A stretch of 57,363 nt of DNA from a virus (lineage: Duplodnaviria; Caudoviricetes), in the IMG/VR virus record IMGVR_UViG_3300020420_000002, positions 1 through 57,363 of that record; one strand, given 5' to 3'. Below the pieces are notes generated by a model. That model worked only from the letters and a program-made list of their open reading frames with translations. It did not search any database and was not told the DNA's origin. The stretch's first letter is position 1. Every line of letters starts with the position of its first letter. Position numbers and translations under genes: made by a program. Shown here one piece after another: positions 54,923 to 57,363 of the stretch.

Positions 54923-55177
54923 ATGAAATATACATTAGTAAAAGTAGTGAACTTTACATTCTCTAAGACGAGATCAGTTCACGTAATTAAAGAAGCAGAC
55001 TCTATAGAGGAGGCGATGAAATATAAATTAGGGGCAGAGATGTTAGAAGCAAAAGATTCTAACAATACATTTGAAATTTTAATAAATGTAGACACTGTCT
55101 TTGATTATATTCACCAACAGACTGAACCTGTTACGACACAAGGTTCATCTAACACAGTTAAGGGAATAGCGGTGTGA
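54923..55177 (+). CDS. Hypothetical protein
   Basis: RBS GAAAGGA. Confidence 0.7.
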   Translation: MKYTLVKVVNFTFSKTRSVHVIKEADSIEEAMKYKLGAEMLEAKDSNNTFEILINVDTVFDYIHQQTEPVTTQGSSNTVKGIAV

Positions 55178-55356
55178 CGGAGTTAACGCAAGCACACTTT
55201 GAGGTTATAGATAAAAACAAAGCTGAAGGTTTTCATAAAGAAAATACTAAAAAACTTTTAGAGGCTCGAGAAATCTATAACCGAACAAAAGGTTTGCAAA
55301 ATATTTCGGAACACGAGTTAAAAAAATTTAATGAGTTAATGAAATATAATTTATGA
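55174..55356 (+). CDS. Hypothetical protein
   Basis: GTGA overlap. Confidence 0.6.
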   Translation: MTELTQAHFEVIDKNKAEGFHKENTKKLLEAREIYNRTKGLQNISEHELKKFNELMKYNL

Positions 55357-55565
55357 TGAGTGACACAGACATAAAGAACCACCACAAGCTAGTGAAAGAT
55401 CTAGAAAATAAAAAACCAAAGGGCCCCGCTGAGGATCGGGGCCCACTAGATTTAACTAAACGTATTGAAGTATTAGAATTTAGAAACGAAAAATTACATA
55501 AGTATAACGAGAAACTAACTGAAGAAGTTAGAACATTAAGGAGAAAATTAGATGATAAAGGGTGA
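55353..55565 (+). CDS. Hypothetical coiled-coil protein
   Basis: ATGA overlap. Confidence 0.6.
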   Translation: MMSDTDIKNHHKLVKDLENKKPKGPAEDRGPLDLTKRIEVLEFRNEKLHKYNEKLTEEVRTLRRKLDDKG

Positions 55566-56220
55566 TAGCGGAGACTATAATTTATTAGCCAAGTGGGTTG
55601 GAGAAATGAATCCAAAAGATTTTTATTTAACATTAGAGATAGGAGTGAGAGAAGGTTATGGATCTCATGTTATTATGGACACATTAAAAAAATTAAATAG
55701 AGATCATTTTCATATAGGCATGGATCCTTATGGAGATATCACATACACACACGTTGACCCCAAGCCAGGTTTTGTTCCTACGTGGACAGATTTTGAAGGC
55801 AACGTACTATACAATGAAGATGGAAGTTATAAGACTCCAACGTATCCTAACTCTATGAAACAAACTTTCTTGAGTGCTTTTAAACATCACGAAAATTTTA
55901 TGTTGTATCAATTAGATGATTATGAATTCTTTAATTCTTTTGGTCATGGTGTTCCTGTGTATCGTCAAGGCCAAAAAGTATTTATGACTAAATATGATTT
56001 CGTACACTTTGATGGGCCCCATACAACGAAAGCTGTTTTAAGTGAGGCTTTATTTTTTGCGGTTAGATCTAACCCAGGTGCTAGATTTGTATTCGATGAT
56101 GTAGATACTTATAACATGAAACTAATTCAAGAAGCTTTGTCTTACTATGACTTCTATTTAATAGGCAGCGGCGAAAGAAAAAAATGTTTAGAAAAAGCTA
56201 TCGGACATAAAAAACAGTGA
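55552..56220 (+). CDS. Class I SAM-dependent methyltransferase
   Basis: LEIGVREGYGS..IGMDPY..DFVHFDGPH..VFDD. Confidence 0.8.
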   Translation: MIKGDSGDYNLLAKWVGEMNPKDFYLTLEIGVREGYGSHVIMDTLKKLNRDHFHIGMDPYGDITYTHVDPKPGFVPTWTDFEGNVLYNEDGSYKTPTYPNSMKQTFLSAFKHHENFMLYQLDDYEFFNSFGHGVPVYRQGQKVFMTKYDFVHFDGPHTTKAVLSEALFFAVRSNPGARFVFDDVDTYNMKLIQEALSYYDFYLIGSGERKKCLEKAIGHKKQ

Positions 56221-56693
56221 TGGCTTACAAAGATCCTAACGACGAGCGAAGAGTCCAGAAGGATTTTGAATACATGAACTCGGAACGCGGATATGTAGGT
56301 CGAGCAATTGGCAATAAACTTAAACCAAGCTACGGTAAATACGGAGGACACAAACCAGATAAGTCTATGGATAAAAAAGAATTCTGGAGATTGTATATGA
56401 ATCATATAATTAAGATGAAAGAAAAATTTCCAGAATCTACAGGACGACTTTGTATTTATTGTGAAAGACCTTTTACTTTTAAGGCAAGACGTGGAACTCG
56501 AGGTAAAGGATACCAGGGACGTAAGTCTCAAATAACTACGAACTTTAGTATTGATCGATACGACCCAAGAATTACGTATAAGGTAAACAATGTTGTCTTT
56601 TGTTGTGTAGATTGTAATGAAAAAAAGAAAAATAGTAACCCAGATGATTGGCTAAATTTTATAAGAATAGGTAAGGAGTTATATAAGACATGA
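56217..56693 (+). CDS. HNH-like endonuclease
   Basis: CIYC..SIDRYDP..Y..NNVVFCCVDCNEKK. Confidence 0.75.
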   Translation: MMAYKDPNDERRVQKDFEYMNSERGYVGRAIGNKLKPSYGKYGGHKPDKSMDKKEFWRLYMNHIIKMKEKFPESTGRLCIYCERPFTFKARRGTRGKGYQGRKSQITTNFSIDRYDPRITYKVNNVVFCCVDCNEKKKNSNPDDWLNFIRIGKELYKT

Positions 56694-57363
56694 TTAAAAT
56701 AAATAAAAAATTTTATTATCCGAGTTCGACTCGAAAAATTATAGATGGTAAAAGACATTACTTGGTGGGTGAAGAGAAGCTGCCATCGGTAACTTCTATC
56801 TTATCTGCGTGTCAGAGTGAAGAGAAGCGGGCGTCATTGGAGGCGTGGAAAAATAGAGTGGGAGAGAAAGAAGCAACACGGATCAAGGACAGTGCTGCAT
56901 CGAGAGGAACTCTTATGCATACGATTCTTGAAGGGTATATGCTAGACAAACCTATCGTTAATCTAACTCCTGAAGGTGTATTGGCCGGGAAGATGGCACA
57001 ACAGATCGTGGACCAGGGATTGAACGACAAACTAGAAGAGTTATGGGCCAGTGAGGCCGTAGTTTTTTATCCTGATATGTATGCAGGTGCAACAGATGGT
57101 GTAGGAATTTACGAGGGTAAAGAGGCCATCATAGATTTTAAACAAACAAATAAACCGAAACGAAAAGAATGGATCGAGGATTATTTTTTACAGTTGGCTG
57201 CATATGCAATTGCTCACAACCAGATCTATCAAACTAATATAAACTTTGGAATTATTCTAATGTGCAGTAAAGATAATTACTACCAAGAATTTCGCGTAGA
57301 AGGCGAAGAATTCAAACATTATGCGAACGAATGGTGGAAAAAAGTAGATCAATATTACAAACA
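56690..57363 (+). CDS. PD-(D/E)XK exonuclease (Cas4/MGME1-like); continues to base 99 (~231 aa)
   Basis: Manual translation LPSVTSIL..RGTLMH..YAGATD..IIDFKQ..DYFLQLAAYA; absent from the ORF track because it crosses the end. Confidence 0.85.
   Translation, partial: MIKINKKFYYPSSTRKIIDGKRHYLVGEEKLPSVTSILSACQSEEKRASLEAWKNRVGEKEATRIKDSAASRGTLMHTILEGYMLDKPIVNLTPEGVLAGKMAQQIVDQGLNDKLEELWASEAVVFYPDMYAGATDGVGIYEGKEAIIDFKQTNKPKRKEWIEDYFLQLAAYAIAHNQIYQTNINFGIILMCSKDNYYQEFRVEGEEFKHYANEWWKKVDQYYK
57287..57363. repeat. Terminal direct repeat (identical to 1-77)
   Basis: Exact 77 bp match. Confidence 0.95.

Noticed and set aside
55421-55444. GC-rich hairpin GGGCCCCG/CGGGGCCC inside an ORF
   Set aside because: Single instance within coding sequence, with no U tract or other support.
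56690-57363. Cas4-like nuclease as evidence of a CRISPR system
   Set aside because: Stand-alone phage PD-(D/E)XK exonuclease without the Cas4 Fe-S cysteine set or an array.

Overview
The window is an apparently complete, circularly assembled ~57.3 kb AT-rich (roughly one-third GC by eye) dsDNA podovirus-type phage genome. Bases 1-77 equal 57287-57363, and a PD-(D/E)XK exonuclease gene reads through the junction. The gene content includes TerS/TerL, a P22-like portal, GroES, scaffold, a Mu gpT-like capsid, a short-tail module, ejection proteins, SNF2 and UvrD helicases, an AEP primase, PolA (Leu762 type), an M15 endolysin, six 2OG-Fe(II) oxygenases and two glycosyltransferases. This fits a marine alphaproteobacterial phage, plausibly a SAR11 pelagiphage of the HTVC023P/027P-like type; host and group are inferred, not shown. 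I found no integrase, ribonucleotide reductase, parB, tRNA or CRISPR array. The most unusual part is the ~3.4 kb region before terL (2550-5970). Seven same-orientation copies of a GC-rich palindrome (GTGGGCGGGRCCCACC) separate small promoter-gene cassettes and a ~310 nt highly structured non-coding segment. Next to these repeats sit matches to host-protein binding sites whose proteins the phage does not encode: a perfect parS, two NrdR boxes, an Irr ICE box, an inverted DnaA-box pair and weaker RegA-like sites. This may be a host-regulator decoy or sensor island. Also notable are a shared [hydrophobic/K]-[KRA]-x-G-G motif across many virion-module proteins, an ArfA-like peptide, a membrane peptide ending in a clamp-binding-like QLKLF, an ART-like gene beside the ejection proteins, and a cupredoxin-like tail domain. 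All family assignments are by eye, without database searches.
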